Positions 34,370-49,417 are shown, numbered from the whole stretch's first letter. The stretch: DNA of 63,933 nt, filler included, from Collodictyon triciliatum (GCA_043381765.1; 4 parts of 4 records of this genome joined end to end with filler, not necessarily neighbours in it), one strand, 5' to 3'. Translations and numbers: made by a program. Notes: a model not told the origin generated them from the sequence alone.

Positions 34370-36372
34370 ATGACCCGCGTTTTTGTTGGAAATATCCCAA
34401 GTGACTTCCGCTCAGGAGAGGTTCGCGATCTCTTTGAAAAGTATGGCCGCATCAACCAAGTCGACGTGAAGGGAAGATTCGCCTTTGTGGTTTGTGACCC
34501 AATTCATGTTACTCGCTCAATCAGACTTCGCTCGGCCTGACCTTTCCACTATCTCTGAAGATACCACAGCCACAAGACTCTTTGTCTGCCACTTCTGATT
34601 CATCAGTGTCCAAGTTAAAATGAAACAATTAATCGAAGGAATTTGAGGATGAACGCGATGCCTCCGATGCTATCCGTGGTATGGACGGTTACCGTCTACA
34701 AGGAGACAAGATTGCTGTTGAGTTTGCCAAGGGCCGCCCCCGCGACTCCGGACGGTAAGTTGTCTTTAATCGCTCGTGCACATTATTCATCGTTTGTGAA
34801 ACAAAGGCTATAATTTTACCTTATGTATTGTTTTAGTCTACACTTTTTTCTTCCTTTTTTTTAAACTCAGGAGTGAGTATCCTCATATGAGAAGCGGAGA
34901 AAATTTTGTTATGGACCTCCTCTTAAGCCTTTTTTTTTTACTTTTTTTTTTACTTTTTTTTTACTTTTTTTTTTACTTTTTTTTTATTCTTCGATCAAGT
35001 CCCCAAGTCGAACAAAATCAAGCATTTTCTCTCTTTATTTTTTTAAGAAACGAAAATAACTATGGATGGATGGGTTTCTCTGTTTGAATATCTGGAGTGG
35101 GAAGGAGGAAACGTTGCATGAAAAAAAATGCTGTGTGACTCTGAGGAAAGGCTTTCCCTCTTGGGTGGAAGGGTGGTTCTTCAGATGATGTGTTGATTGA
35201 GCTCCTGCCCCTGGGTCTATCCGTGGATGCGCAGGGGATTCAACTCAACCGAGAAAATGACATGAAATGGAAACGAGGCTTGGCCAGCGAACACCGATTC
35301 ATTTCCTTCCCTTCTCTTGTTTGTGGGATCGTCTGTGTGAACTGGAAAAACGCGAATCTGTCTTCTCGGGAGTGGATTTTCCTGCCTTGCCCCGCAAAAG
35401 TCAACATACGAGACAAAGAAAAGCCGCACACCCAAGCAGCACCGTAAATCTCTTGTATATGTCACAAAATCATGTAGCAGCAAATCCAAGTACCGCGTTC
35501 TGGTGGAGAACCTCGCCTCTCGTGTCAGCTGGCAAGACCTCAAGGATTTCATTCGCAGAGGGACAAAGTATGTTCGCCGCACAGATGTCTTTGGCGACGG
35601 AACAGGGTAAGAGAAGAGCCACCCATATGTGCATACACATGACTAGTTCCTCTCACCATCTTTATCGTCTTCTAAATGAGTGTTCTGTCGTCGAATCCTT
35701 TCCTTCAATCGCCCATTGCCATTGTTGTTTTCCTGCATTTATATGTCTTCATTCGGTTTCCAGCATCGCTGAGTTCGACCAGGAAGGCGACATGCTTGAC
35801 GTCATCGACAAATTGGACGGTAAGGAATTCGAGGGCAAGGTTGTTCGCATCCGTGAGGTTCGTTTTTTTTGTTTTTTGTTTTTTGTTTTTTGTTTTTTGT
35901 TTTTTGTTTTTTGTTTTTTGTTTTTGAATCTGCCTCTTTATCTATCGTGTTCTCAAACCCTTGAAACCAAGTATACCTATCTCCCCTGTTTCTTTTCTTC
36001 CACCTCCCTTTTTTTTTCTTTTTTTTATAATTCTGAAGGTGTTGTGCACGTGAATAATTGCTGAACAAGATTGAACTACAGGATGACGGGCGCCCTCAGG
36101 AAAGACGCCGCTCTCGCTCTGCTTCCCGCTCGCCTCGTCGAGGAAGGTATGTGTCCTCGGCCATGCAACTGTGCCATCGCGAACCATCTCCGCACATACA
36201 CATACACACACAAACTCCTCTCCTTTTTGTTGTCTGGAGCGCATCGCCACAGACTCACCTTCTCCTCCAACCGCACAGCGACCGCCGCCGCCAACGCTCC
36301 CGCTCCCGCTCTCGTTCTCGTTCCCGCTCGCGCTCTCCCTCGCGCTCCCACTCCCGTTCGCCACGCCGCTAA
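34370..36372 (+). CDS. SR splicing factor with RRM + pseudo-RRM (SWQDLKD) + RS domain, SRSF4/5/6-like
   Basis: Exons 34370-34489, 34639-34754, 35478/35481-35606, 35764-35857, 36082-36146, 36279-36372 give MTRVFVGNIP..RFAFV|EFEDERDASDAI..|..RVLVENLASRVSWQDLKDF..RSRSRSRS. Confidence 0.93.
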
Positions 36373-36796
36373 GCGCTGCCGACACGCTGGGCAGCCTCAC
36401 GCTCCTTTTTCTTAATCACCTCTCCGCCTGTGCCGAATGAAGCACAGCACCCACCCAAGAGAACAAGAAATAAAGAGTTCAGGAAAACACATAACCATCG
36501 TCGCGTCCACAGAGCCATGGCCCAACTACAGTGCACGTCGGTAGGTTGTAGAATAAGGAAGCAAGAAGGAGAAGGGAATTGAGATAGGAGGGAAGGCTTT
36601 TCGTTTTTTTTTTTTGGTTGCTCGTGAGTCATCGTATATTTTCGTCCTTGAGCAATAATCTATCGCCGATGAAATAGGCAGGCCTGTCGCCGCCCTTCTT
36701 ATTCGCCTGCAGTGGGTTTATAGGTGTATAGCGTGCATGTTTGTGTATCTTACGCTTAGTAGGCCGCGACAAGCAGCAGCAGGAGATGGCTAGAGC

Positions 36797-38525
36797 CTAG
36801 TAGGGCGGGTAGCCAGGTTGTTGAGGAGGATACCCTGCTGGTGGGTAGCCAGGTTGTTGAGGAGGATAGCCAGCTGGTGGGTAACCAGGTTGTTGAGGGG
36901 GATAGCCAGCTGGTGGGTAGCCAGGTTGTTGAGGAGGATAACCTGCTGGTGGGTAACCGGGTTGTTGAGGAGGATAACCTGCTGGTGGGTAACCGGGTTG
37001 TTGAGGAGGATAGCCAGCTGGTGGGTAGCCCGGTGGAGGCGGGTAGGCAGTTGGTGGATAGGCGGCTGGTGGGTAATTCGCAGGTGGGTAATTCGCAGGT
37101 GGGTAGCTGGCTGGTGGGTAGTTGGCTGGTGGGTAGTTGGCTGGTGGGTACGCTCTTGGTTGGGCTGCTGGCTGGCCGTAGAATTGCATGGACTGCTGGG
37201 TCTGGTAAGCTGGCGCTTGGAAGCTGGCCTGCATGGGGAGCGGAACAGGGGCTGGTGTAGGGGTACTCGCTGGGGTTGCAGATGGGTTCTATGTTGGGAT
37301 GAACGTATCAGTATCTGGGTGTGATGATTGGATGATTGGATGATTGGATGATTGGATGATTGGGTGATTGGATGATTGGGTGATTGGATGATTGGATAAT
37401 TGGATAATTGGATAATTGGATAATTGGATAATTGGATAATTGGATGATTACGCTGGAAATGAACTTTGTGGTCACGTGGACTTTTCCGGCGCTCTTTGAA
37501 TGCTTGTCGATAATGGTGTACCACTGATCAGTGCTGGTGGAGCTGACGAGGATGCTGACAGGGATAGTGATGTTACCAATGTAATCATCGCTAAGCATGT
37601 CGGAGTCGTAGACTTCCAGAATGAGTGGGTGCGTCATGACCACAGAGCTGATGTTGCTGAGTATTGACATAAGAAATGTCAAAATAGTGGCTTCGGTATT
37701 GGTAATGAAAATGATGGCAGTTATATAGGGGAGCAGTATCATGCTGTAAAATGAAAATCATTTGCTTAAGCTATATTGCACAAGTGGACACGTGAGAAAT
37801 GAAAGAAATGAGTATTCGAGGCTAAATTGTTCAGAAAATGTGTTGGAAAAAGGAGGAAGTTGAAGAGGTGAAAAAATTGAGGGGGTTATGGCTTTGTTGC
37901 TTGTTGACAATTTACAATTTGAATTCCTGGTTGAAGACGGGATTTTTTCCTGCTCCGGAAGCTACTCGGGTTTTGTGGCTCACACCAAAGAGCTTCAGTT
38001 TGACGTACGGATCCATCTTGCCTGTTTATGGCGTTGTTAAATGAACCCGATAGTGTAGGTATTGATATGTGAACGACAGGACCTCAGAGGATAGCATAAG
38101 GTAGAATGAACCATCCATGTGAGGGGTGATGGCAAAATCAACAGAAGCCTACCAAAAAAGTCCTGATCCTTCAGCCCGCTCGCCTCAACGACTTTGATGA
38201 TGCAGAGAAAACGGGAAGTTTATATATTAAGTACTGACGAAATAAATACAAAAAAGTCTACAAAAATGATATCCTCTTTTGTATGAAATCTTTTCTTTTA
38301 TGAATAAAATAAAATAAAAGCTATGTGAGCAGAGGCTTGGGAAAAAACGTTAAAGAGTGGTTTCTGGCTCTTCATATATTTCTATCTGGTCAAAGCTTAC
38401 TCCTCAAGGGCTTCAGAAGGCAAAGGATACAAATCATAGTTGTGTGATGACTCATATAAATAATGTTAAAAATATTATGATAAAAAGTGAGACATACTAT
38501 TGACTGAGAGTTGTCCGGTGGCCAT
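36797..38525 (-). CDS. C2-domain protein with C-terminal XYPPX (GYPP) repeats
   Basis: Exons 38498-38525, 38153-38191, ~37917-38022, ~37452-37656, 36797-~37289: MATGQLSVNIVEASGLKDQDFFGKMDPYVK..NPVFNQEF..LEVYDSDMLSDDYIG, then ~6x PGYPPAGYPPQQ. Confidence 0.88.
37325..37449. repeat. Octamer (GGATGATT)n/(GGATAATT)n array filling an intron
   Basis: Direct reading. Confidence 0.9.
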
Positions 38526-38830
38526 CTGTGATCGTACAAAAGTGACTTGGGGTTTAGTGTTTGGCTTGTGAGTTTCCTATGGTCAAAAGTTTGTTATTGC
38601 CCTCATCGATAGAGATCTGGCTGAACTTTCACACGACGCAAGGGAAAGTCAAGGGTTTTGAGCAAAGGAAAGGAAAGGAAAGGCAACGCAAGCTTTGATA
38701 CAAGCAAAGACAGAGAGAAAAAGAATCATAATACCCTACAAAAAAAAAAACATCCATCATATTGCACAAGCTGGAAGGAAGAATAAAAAGAAGAGGGGAA
38801 AGAAAACGACAGAATCGTGCAACTTCTCGG

Positions 38831-39148
38831 GCGTGATAAATGAACCCACGATAGATCATTCTATGGCCACGTGACTCAGTGGTGAAATTAAAGCATTTGA
38901 AACTCAGCAAAGTGGATGGGATGGGAAGTCTGAGGATCGTGTTATCAGTTGCGTTTTTCTGGCTTCTGTCTCTTTGCTGGGCTCCGCGCAGACTAAATGA
39001 TCTTGTTTGGCCTCTGTGCTTCATAATCCAACGCCGACAACATCAGATTGGGTGCTGAAGAAGGAGGTTTCGATTGCTTGCCCAGCGTGTGCTAGTCATT
39101 AATGTGGAATTCATAGGTAGTACGAAACAGAAATTCGGCTATCAAACG
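38831..39148 (+). ncRNA. Candidate nuclear RNase P RNA (intact copy)
   Basis: CR-I-like GGGAAGTCTGAG (38923-38934) and CR-V-like ACAGAAATTCGGCTATC (39127-39143) form P4 AG(U)CUGAG/UUCGGCU with a bulged U. P1 CGUGAUA/UAUCA..CG, P2 AUGAA/UUCAU, ~320 nt, TTTT at 39179-39182. Confidence 0.7.
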
Positions 39149-40043
39149 TGGTCAACTGAGCGTATCATGGGTAATGTCTTTTATCTATTTATGGAATTTA
39201 ACTAAAACTAAATATATTTCATTATTGATTAATATTGAATGCTATTGTATATTGATATTAAACTAGCATATACAATAATAATACATAAAATGCAGTTGTG
39301 TGATTGAATTCGTAATGTGTCAGGTGATTTCCACTTCAGTCGGTCTATTGTTACCTTCCGAGCGGCGTGGCACAAAGCCGCCAATGACCCTGTAAGATAT
39401 AAGCTCGCATCAACTCTGGAACGGAAACACAACACGGAATATTTTTTGTTTTTGTTTCGCACAATATTATTTTCAAGTTACGCGCTAGTGTAGAAATATA
39501 GAGGAAAAGCGGGATCTAAAAAAAACAAAAACAAAAACAAAAACAAAAACAAAAACAAAAACAAAAACAAAAACAAAAACAAAAACAAAAACAAAAACAA
39601 AAACAAAAACAAAAANNNNNNNNNNNNNNNNNNNNNNNNNNNNNNNNNNNNNNNNNNNNNNNNNNNNNNNNNNNNNNNNNNNNNNNNNNNNNNNNNNNNN
39701 NNNNNNNNNNNNNNNNNNNNNNNNNNNNNNNNNNNNNNNNNNNNNNNNNNNNNNNNNNNNNNNNNNNNNNNNNNNNNNNNNNNNNNNNNNNNNNNNNNNN
39801 NNNNNNNNNNNNNNNNNNNNNNNNNNNNNNNNNNNNNNNNNNNNNNNNNNNNNNNNNNNNNNNNNNNNNNNNNNNNNNNNNNNNNNNNNNNNNNNNNNNN
39901 NNNNNNNNNNNNNNNNNNNNNNNNNNAGAAAAAGAATCATAATACCGTACAAAAAAAAAAAAACATCCATCATATTGCACAAGCTGGAAGGAAGAGTAAA
40001 AAGAAGAGGGGAAAGAAAACGACAGAATCGTGCAACTTCTCTG

Positions 40044-40361
40044 GCGTGATAAATGAACCCACGATTGATCATTCTATGGCCACGTGGCTCGGTGGTGAAA
40101 TTAAAGCATTTGAAACTCAGCAAAGTGGATGGGAGGGAAGCCCTGAGGATCGTGTTATCAGTTGCGTTTTTCTGGCTTCTGTCTCTTTGCTGGGCTCCGC
40201 GCAGACTGAACGATCTTGTTTGGCCTCTGTGCTTCATAATCCAACGCCAACAAGATCAGATTGGGTGCTGAAGAAGGAGGTTTCGATTGCTTGCCCAGCG
40301 TGTGCTGGTCATTAATGTGGAATTCATAGCTAGTACGAAACAGAAATTTGCCTATCAAACG
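40044..40361 (+). pseudogene. Second RNase P RNA-like copy with disrupted P4
   Basis: Same sequence, but CR-I reads GGGAAGCCCTGAG and CR-V reads ACAGAAATTTGCCTATC, losing the bulged U and several P4 pairs. Confidence 0.5.
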
Positions 40362-41141
40362 TGGTCAACTGAGCGTACCATGGGTAATGTCTTTTATCTA
40401 TTAATGGAATTTAACTTTAACTAAATATATTTCATTATTGATTAAAATTGAATGCTATTGCATATTGATATTAAACTAGCATATACAATAATAATACACA
40501 AAATGCAGTTGTGTGATTGGATTCGTGGTGTGTCAGGCGATTTCCACTTCAGTCGGTCTATTGTTTCCTTCCAAGCGGCGTGGCACAAAGCCGCCAATGA
40601 CTCTGTAAGATATAAGCTCGCATCAACTTTGGAACGGAAACACAACACAAAATATTTTTTGTTTTTGTTTCGCACAATGATATTTTCAAGTTACGCGCTA
40701 GTGTAGAAATATAGAGGAAAAGCGGGATCTAAAAAAACAAAACAAAAACAAAAAAAAAAAAAGATTCCCTGGTGCCTGTCTTGTTACATTATTCGATCCA
40801 AGAGAGGTGTTTTTATTATTTCTAGCGGTATCTTTATTAGATTTAGCGAAAGAAGGTTGCTGCTTCTAGCAAACACAATTAATTTTCAGGCCATTATAGC
40901 ATCACTCGCCAAAGAGGTCATGTAGGTATATCGAGAAAAAGATGTTGCGTTGAAATGAAAGAGTGAATTTAACAATCAATAAATATAGGGGTGTCTTATA
41001 AATGATGCCCCTTTTCACAAGAGATTTGGTAGCGAAGCTGTGACAGGATAGTAGATATTCCTCCTTATTCTTTTTTTATTCAAAGTGACTGAATGTGAAT
41101 GAACTGATTTACGACGATGGGAGCAGAAGCTATAGATATAT

Positions 41142-43424
41142 CTATGCCTTGCCAAGTTCCTCCTCCAATTCACGGCTAAAGTCATCTTGCCACGAAGAGT
41201 CTGTAAAATGGAAAGAGGTTGATGTTGTACCATTTTACTTTAGTGGCAAGAAGGATGGAATTTAAAATGAAGGGACTAAGGGCTTCGCTAAATGATTCTC
41301 TTCAATATCATCAAATCACATATGACTTTATGATATTGAAGCCTATACCATCGGCTTCAGCCCCATTCACGACTGGATTTTCAGTTGGTCCGATTTCGAT
41401 ATTCTCAAGCTCGGCGTTTAGTTCGTCCTCAATCGAACGGAGAGCGTCTGGATATGAATAGTCGTAAATATTCGTTTGAAATTTTTCTGAAATAAACCTT
41501 CCATCGCAAAATTCAACATAGGCTCAACGATTTCTAGCAAAACAAACAAACAAACAAACAAACAAACAAACAAACAAACAAACAAACAAACAAACAAACA
41601 AACAAACAAACAAACAAACAAAAACAATCCATCGAAATGCTGGTTATCAATACATCGCAAAAACTCATCGGGGTTTGATATAAATCATGAATCTATGTAG
41701 TTCGACCTTACCGGGTGGTTTAGATGAATCTTCCTCTGCATGTGAGCTTCCAGATGCCAGCTCTTGGATTTCTCTAATTTTCTTCTTCCACTCTGGTTCA
41801 TTATAATTGTAATATTGATTCAATACAACACTGTTACATGCCATTTCAAAGAATTTGTCTCAAGTATGACTTTGGTTGACTGATATTTTTTCTTTCAACT
41901 AAAAATGAAAGAAACAAAGAGACAATTATACCCTCTTCTTCGATGGAAATATTATCTCCGTCTACTTTCTCTAAGCAATTTATTTATGATGATAATATAT
42001 TATTCGAAAGTAAGATTTTAGAGAGGTTGTTATAATAATTTGTTATTGATAAAAAAGTATGGCTAATTGATTTTTCTTTCATACTTGCATAAGTCGGCTG
42101 TTCTCCCTGCAATTAAGAATATTAAAACTATTTAGCAAAAATATGATGAAAACTAATTCATCTCAGATATCCATAATAGATGATTGTAAGCCATAGTACG
42201 AATAGTATCATAGTAGGAAGATAAAACAAAAAATGACAAACTCTTTTGAGCATTTTGGTGATCTTTTCAATGTTGTAAAAATAATTTTTCCAGAACTTCG
42301 GCTCTTGTATCCTAAAATATGGTAAATTAATCAATCAGTGAACCAGAACCAATCAACCGACTATATGTAACAGTTATCTGTAGTTAGATTAGGGATTCAA
42401 AATGAGACAATCCAGCTGGGTTGGGGGAATATACTTTCTTGGGACCAAAGCAAAACGTTGCTTCTCCAGATTTGCGTCCAATTTCATGGTTTCGGTTATT
42501 ATACCGAGATTAGAGTCTAAATCAAATGCATATTCTTCATCACCTTGGGGACCATTCAGAAACGTGCCTTTTTCCTGCAATTTTTATTCAGAAATAAATA
42601 AAATAATGGATAACGATGAAAATATGGCTCAAAAACGATATTATTAAATGGTAATAAGGACCTTGAATCGAACAAAGGAAAAAAAGAATGTCGATATAAG
42701 GAAAACACCATTAAAAACAAAAATCGGCATATAGAAAAAAAGGAATGGAAATAGATAGTTATTTATGATTTATTCTTCTTTCAATTCATGAGATATGGCA
42801 CCTGTCTGAGTGATGTGTTGACATAGTAAGTAATGAAAAGGGGCCCTTACACAGCCAACGATCAGCGTATGTTCTCGGAGTTTGTCCTCCAGCCCTTTAT
42901 CACCAGCTGCAAACACAGACCATATCGGTAACACTGCCTGTGGTGTGGGCTCTAATATCCATTAATTTCCTGCTTAAATATTACTTCACAATGCAGTTGA
43001 GCCCATTAAAGACATTGAGCTTCCGGGCTAAACGATTAACACAACATAACACAAAAAAAAGTATGTGATCATGAAATTCAAAAATGTGCGTAAAAGGAGG
43101 TTCCAATATATCCAACAACCTGGCAGTTTGTCTGGGTTATCGTACTTGTCTCTCTCGCGCAGAAACTCTTCGTGTGTGGTTGCTATTTGTTCTTGGATTT
43201 TTGAAGTCACGCTATTTATAAAACCTATAGGATTGCACAGTTACAAATCTAAACATCTGAAAGTTTACAACGTCCTTATTAAACGATTGAAATGATTTCG
43301 CTTTGTAATATATGAAAAAGAACAAGAGAAGCTTATAAGAGGAAAAGAAGGGGAATAAGCATTTCATGTGCGCAGCCTTACCTCCGATTTGGCTTCCAAA
43401 GAACGAAGCGTTTTGACCCCACAT
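41142..43424 (-). CDS. BSD-domain protein (synapse-associated protein 1/SAP47-like)
   Basis: MKLDANLEKQRFALVPRK|IQEPKFWKNYFY is the BSD signature, preceded by a PW/LP motif region. Acidic tail ending ELEEELGKA-TAG at 41142-41144. Confidence 0.8.
42661..42685 (+). mobile_element. Ultra-short poly(A)-tailed insertion, copy 2 (diverged)
   Basis: CCTTGAATCGAACAAAGG(A)7 with degenerate flanking repeats AATGGTAATAAGGA / AATGTCGATATAAGGA, inside a BSD-gene intron. Confidence 0.6.
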
Positions 43425-43927
43425 TTTTTTCTCTAGACCTGGATACTTTTCTTCGTCTCTTTTTTTTTTTCTTGCTTGTCTCTCGTTCGCCCAGACTCCT
43501 GGTTTTTCCTTTGTTTTGTTTTCTGGTAATCCTTGCTGGCTTTTTGTTGTGATCTAGTGCAAACGTGTCTTCCATCAACAATAGTACAAAATAACGAAGT
43601 GGTATCAAACAATTTTTAATAAAAAACTATCAATATATGCAATATCGAATTAAAATGAATCGATATAACAAAAATTAGTGATACATAATGTTATTTTATT
43701 ATAATTTCCGTAAATAATATAAAGACCAAGTCCAAAAATGGTTTGAATTTTTGAAACTATTATGGAATAACTTAGGCCACAGCGAGGTATAAATTAAAAT
43801 TGTGTGATATAGTCCGATAATCCATCAACACATCACAAGCAACAAGGACAGAGCCACTCCTCATCACATCACAAGAATCACACCGCCGACCAAAACCGCA
43901 CCAAGTACATCATCCAAACCTGCTAGA

Positions 43928-45102
43928 ATGGAGGCCATCACACAGTCACAGTCCAATATCGACGCCAACGAGCCCATCCTCACAGTAAATCCGAACCGCT
44001 TCGTCATTTTCCCGATCAAATACCCTGAGATATGGAAGATGTACAAGAAGGCCGAGGCAAGGTTAGTGCCCCAAAACAAAACAAAACAAAACAAAACAAA
44101 ACAAAACAAAACAAAACAAAACAAAACAAAACAAAACAAAACAAAACAAAACAAAACAAATATTAATGGAATCAAGATAAACACTTTCGAATGAATCGAT
44201 ATCTCAATTATCATTCAAACTTCAGCTTCTGGACAGCCGAAGAGATTGACCTCGCTCAGGACCTCTCGCACTGGGCAAAGCTGACCTCAAACGAACGCCA
44301 CTTCATTACCCACGTCCTAGCATTCTTCGCTGCAAGTGATGGGATTGTAAATGAGAATCTGGCCCAACGTTTTTGCCAAGAGGTTCAGCTACCCGAGGCC
44401 CGCTGCTTCTATGGTTTCCAGATGGCCATCGAGAATATCCACGCCGAGACGTACAGCCTTCTCATCGACACATACGTTCGTGATGCTGAAGAGAAATCAC
44501 GCCTGTTCAACGCACTAGACACCATCCCGTGCGTCCAGAGAAAAGCCGAGTGGGCTCTACGTTGGATTACCTCATCTCAATCATTTGCGGAGCGTCTCGT
44601 AGCTTTCGCTGCTGTCGAGGGCATATTCTTTTCGGGAAGCTTCTGCGCCATCTTCTGGCTCAAGAAACGCGGTCTCATGCCTGGATTGACCTTTTCTAAC
44701 GAACTCATAAGCAGAGACGAAGGAATGCACTGTGACTTTGCTTGCCTCCTTTACTCCATGCTGCAGAACAAGCTATCTGAAGACCAAATCCGAAAGATTA
44801 TTTGTGACGCGGTGGATATAGAGAAGCAGTTTGTGACAGAGGCTCTCCCGGTGGACTTGATTGGGATGAACGCCAAACTGATGACTGATTATATTGAGTT
44901 TGTGGCAGACCGTCTTCTTGTTGCTCTCGGCCAGTGTAAAGCTTACGGTACCATCAACCCTTTCGATTGGATGGAGCTCATCTCACTGGAAGGCAAGACC
45001 AATTTCTTTGAAAAAAGGGTAGGCGAGTACCAGAAGGCCGGAGTCATGACCTCAACCACCAGCTCTTACAACCAGTCCTTCACTTTAGATGAGGACTTTT
45101 AA
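43928..45102 (+). CDS. RRM2: Ribonucleoside-diphosphate reductase small subunit (R2)
   Basis: Exons 43928-44061 and 44226-45102. Motifs [64 protein letters not shown] and terminal FTLDEDF. Confidence 0.98.
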
Positions 45103-45566
45103 TATCCCCATCAGTCAAAGAAATGCGGACAAACAAGAGCGTCATATTCATACCCTACATCTTTCCTGGCATTACCCATAATCTCTCCTTGTCTGCTATC
45201 TATTAACCACTCATTATCGTCGTTGTATTGGATTGAATCATGAAAAAAATCTCTGTACCAAGGGTGTTTTGAAATAGAATAAATCATATGCGCTACCCAC
45301 AAACTGATATCGAATTACAATTGCATCTGCTCACCATATCGACACTTCCCTTCCCTTCCCCACTCCAGCTTGCAAACAAATGTCTCATTTCCTTAGGTAT
45401 TTGGCGACTGATTGCTTCGGCAAGTCGACCGACTGCGGAACCTGTCAAGTACCAGGACTCTGGCTATATTCAAGAAAGGAAGCGAGACAGCAGCATTGAG
45501 CACCTTGCTGCATCCTCCCAGTATTCTATGTGGAGATTTAGAACAAAGACTCTTGGTGCAGTAGTC

Positions 45567-46379
45567 ATGAGCAGAAAGGCCGCGCAAATCTCCACAAGAG
45601 TAATATCATATCACATCCATGTTTGTAATTATCACATGATAATTTATGATTGCATAATCGTTGCACCCGCACTACTCGCAATATGCAGGGGTCTACCGCT
45701 GGTTCGTCTTATCAATCACCTGTTCATACCGGAGGAGATGGCGTTGTTCGCATATCTGTGCGTGCGAAGCCAAACTCTCACACAGAGAAACTAACAGGTG
45801 CATAATTACCTTTCCCCGTATATGAAGATTGATTCATTTCGTACATCGCCATCCCACCATTTATCACATGTAAAGTAATGGCAGCTGAATGTACGCTCAT
45901 CAGAATTGCCTCTCGTTGTTATCCACTATATTTTTGAATGAAGTAGAGTCCATCACACGGCAACTCTGTCTTCAATAATTATTTCAACGCGAGTTAAGCA
46001 TGAGAAGAAAAAGAGACTAACAGAATCGCTTAACAATAAAAACCACAGCTTTTACAAGAGACTGCATATTCACACTGCCTGTCTTATTTCTCTCTACATT
46101 TTATCTCACTAAGCGGGATTTGGTATTTATATCCTTTGCACATATCGCCCGACATTAGAATGGACAGATGAATACATCACACTTGCCGTAAACGCCCAGC
46201 CACGTGATGGAGAAGCCAACGACGCCCTTTCCAGTCTGCTGTCCGAACTTCTGCGAGTCCCTCGCCGAGATGTGCAGCTTTGTGTTGGAGGAAAGTCACG
46301 CAACAAGTTGTTTTCTGTTCGATGCTTGAGTGAGGAGCAGGTTCGAGAAAGGCTTCGTTCGCATCTACCAGATTCATAA
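45567..46379 (+). CDS. DUF167/UPF0235 (YggU/C15orf40-like) protein
   Basis: Exons 45567-45599, 45689-45797, 46159-46379: VRISVRAKPNS..LAVNAQPRDGEANDAL..LRVPRRDVQLCVGGKSRNK. Missed by the ORF track. Confidence 0.85.
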
Positions 46380-46443
46380 AACCAAAAGAAACGTGCTGAA
46401 CTCACGATTCTAAAAAGAAAGAATGTGCATTAGAATATTTGCA

Positions 46444-46471
46444 CTTTGGATCGAATAAAGGAAAAAAAAAA
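46444..46471 (+). mobile_element. Ultra-short poly(A)-tailed insertion, copy 3 (diverged)
   Basis: CTTTGGATCGAATAAAGG(A)10; weak flanking similarity AATATTTGCA / AATACTTTAGA; intergenic. Confidence 0.6.
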
Positions 46472-46599
46472 TACTTTAGAGTATTCCGTTTGTGCAGAAC
46501 GCCTACAGGCGAAACAAACCAGGTCCTTTGTAATTACTTGCTTTTGTCTTGTCGGCATATAACCTTGTGGCTGATCAGGAGCGCCCTTTGAAAGATTGG

Positions 46600-48912
<2,313 letters not shown>

Positions 48913-49417
48913 ATTCAGAAGATAAAGTCTTTTGAAGAAAACTTGCAAATTTGTTGCGAATATAAATTTTAATCATCGACCAATTGTCCCTATTTTGATT
49001 TGGTTTTTATTTTCGGCTTCAGTGCGCACGAATAATCTAGCTTTTTAGAAACAGATGTATATATGTCGACAAAAGATGTATGTCGAAGTCGCATCTATAA
49101 CACATACTTGTACAATATATATCTGTAAATAGCAATTGTATCTCGCCCAGTTACTACTTTTCATCATGAAAGTATTGCTCTGAACAGAAATATATTCAGA
49201 TTATAACACACTATATATATATATAGATAGTTCTGTCTATATGTAACTTATTTTGTGACAGAAGATTTGTTTTGTTTTTTTTATTGCGTTTGTGTTGCAT
49301 CAATTTTATTATAGGCCTTCTCTTGTCTTTGGAATCGAGAGGGGAGGAAGATATTACACTTGACAGAAGGACTCTGAGAAACACAAACTTTCGATGGACT
49401 TTGCTAGATATTACTTT

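Larger units (their letters stand above)
38717..40740. repeat. Direct tandem duplication of ~810 bp (38717-39525 and 39927-40740; offset ~1.21 kb)
   Basis: Near-identical copies with scattered substitutions, separated by (AAAAAC)n and an N gap. Confidence 0.9.

Noticed and set aside
38629-39024. 131-aa minus-strand ORF and its duplicate (39485-40237)
   Set aside because: No recognisable domain; antisense to the RNase P RNA-like sequence, which explains the region better.
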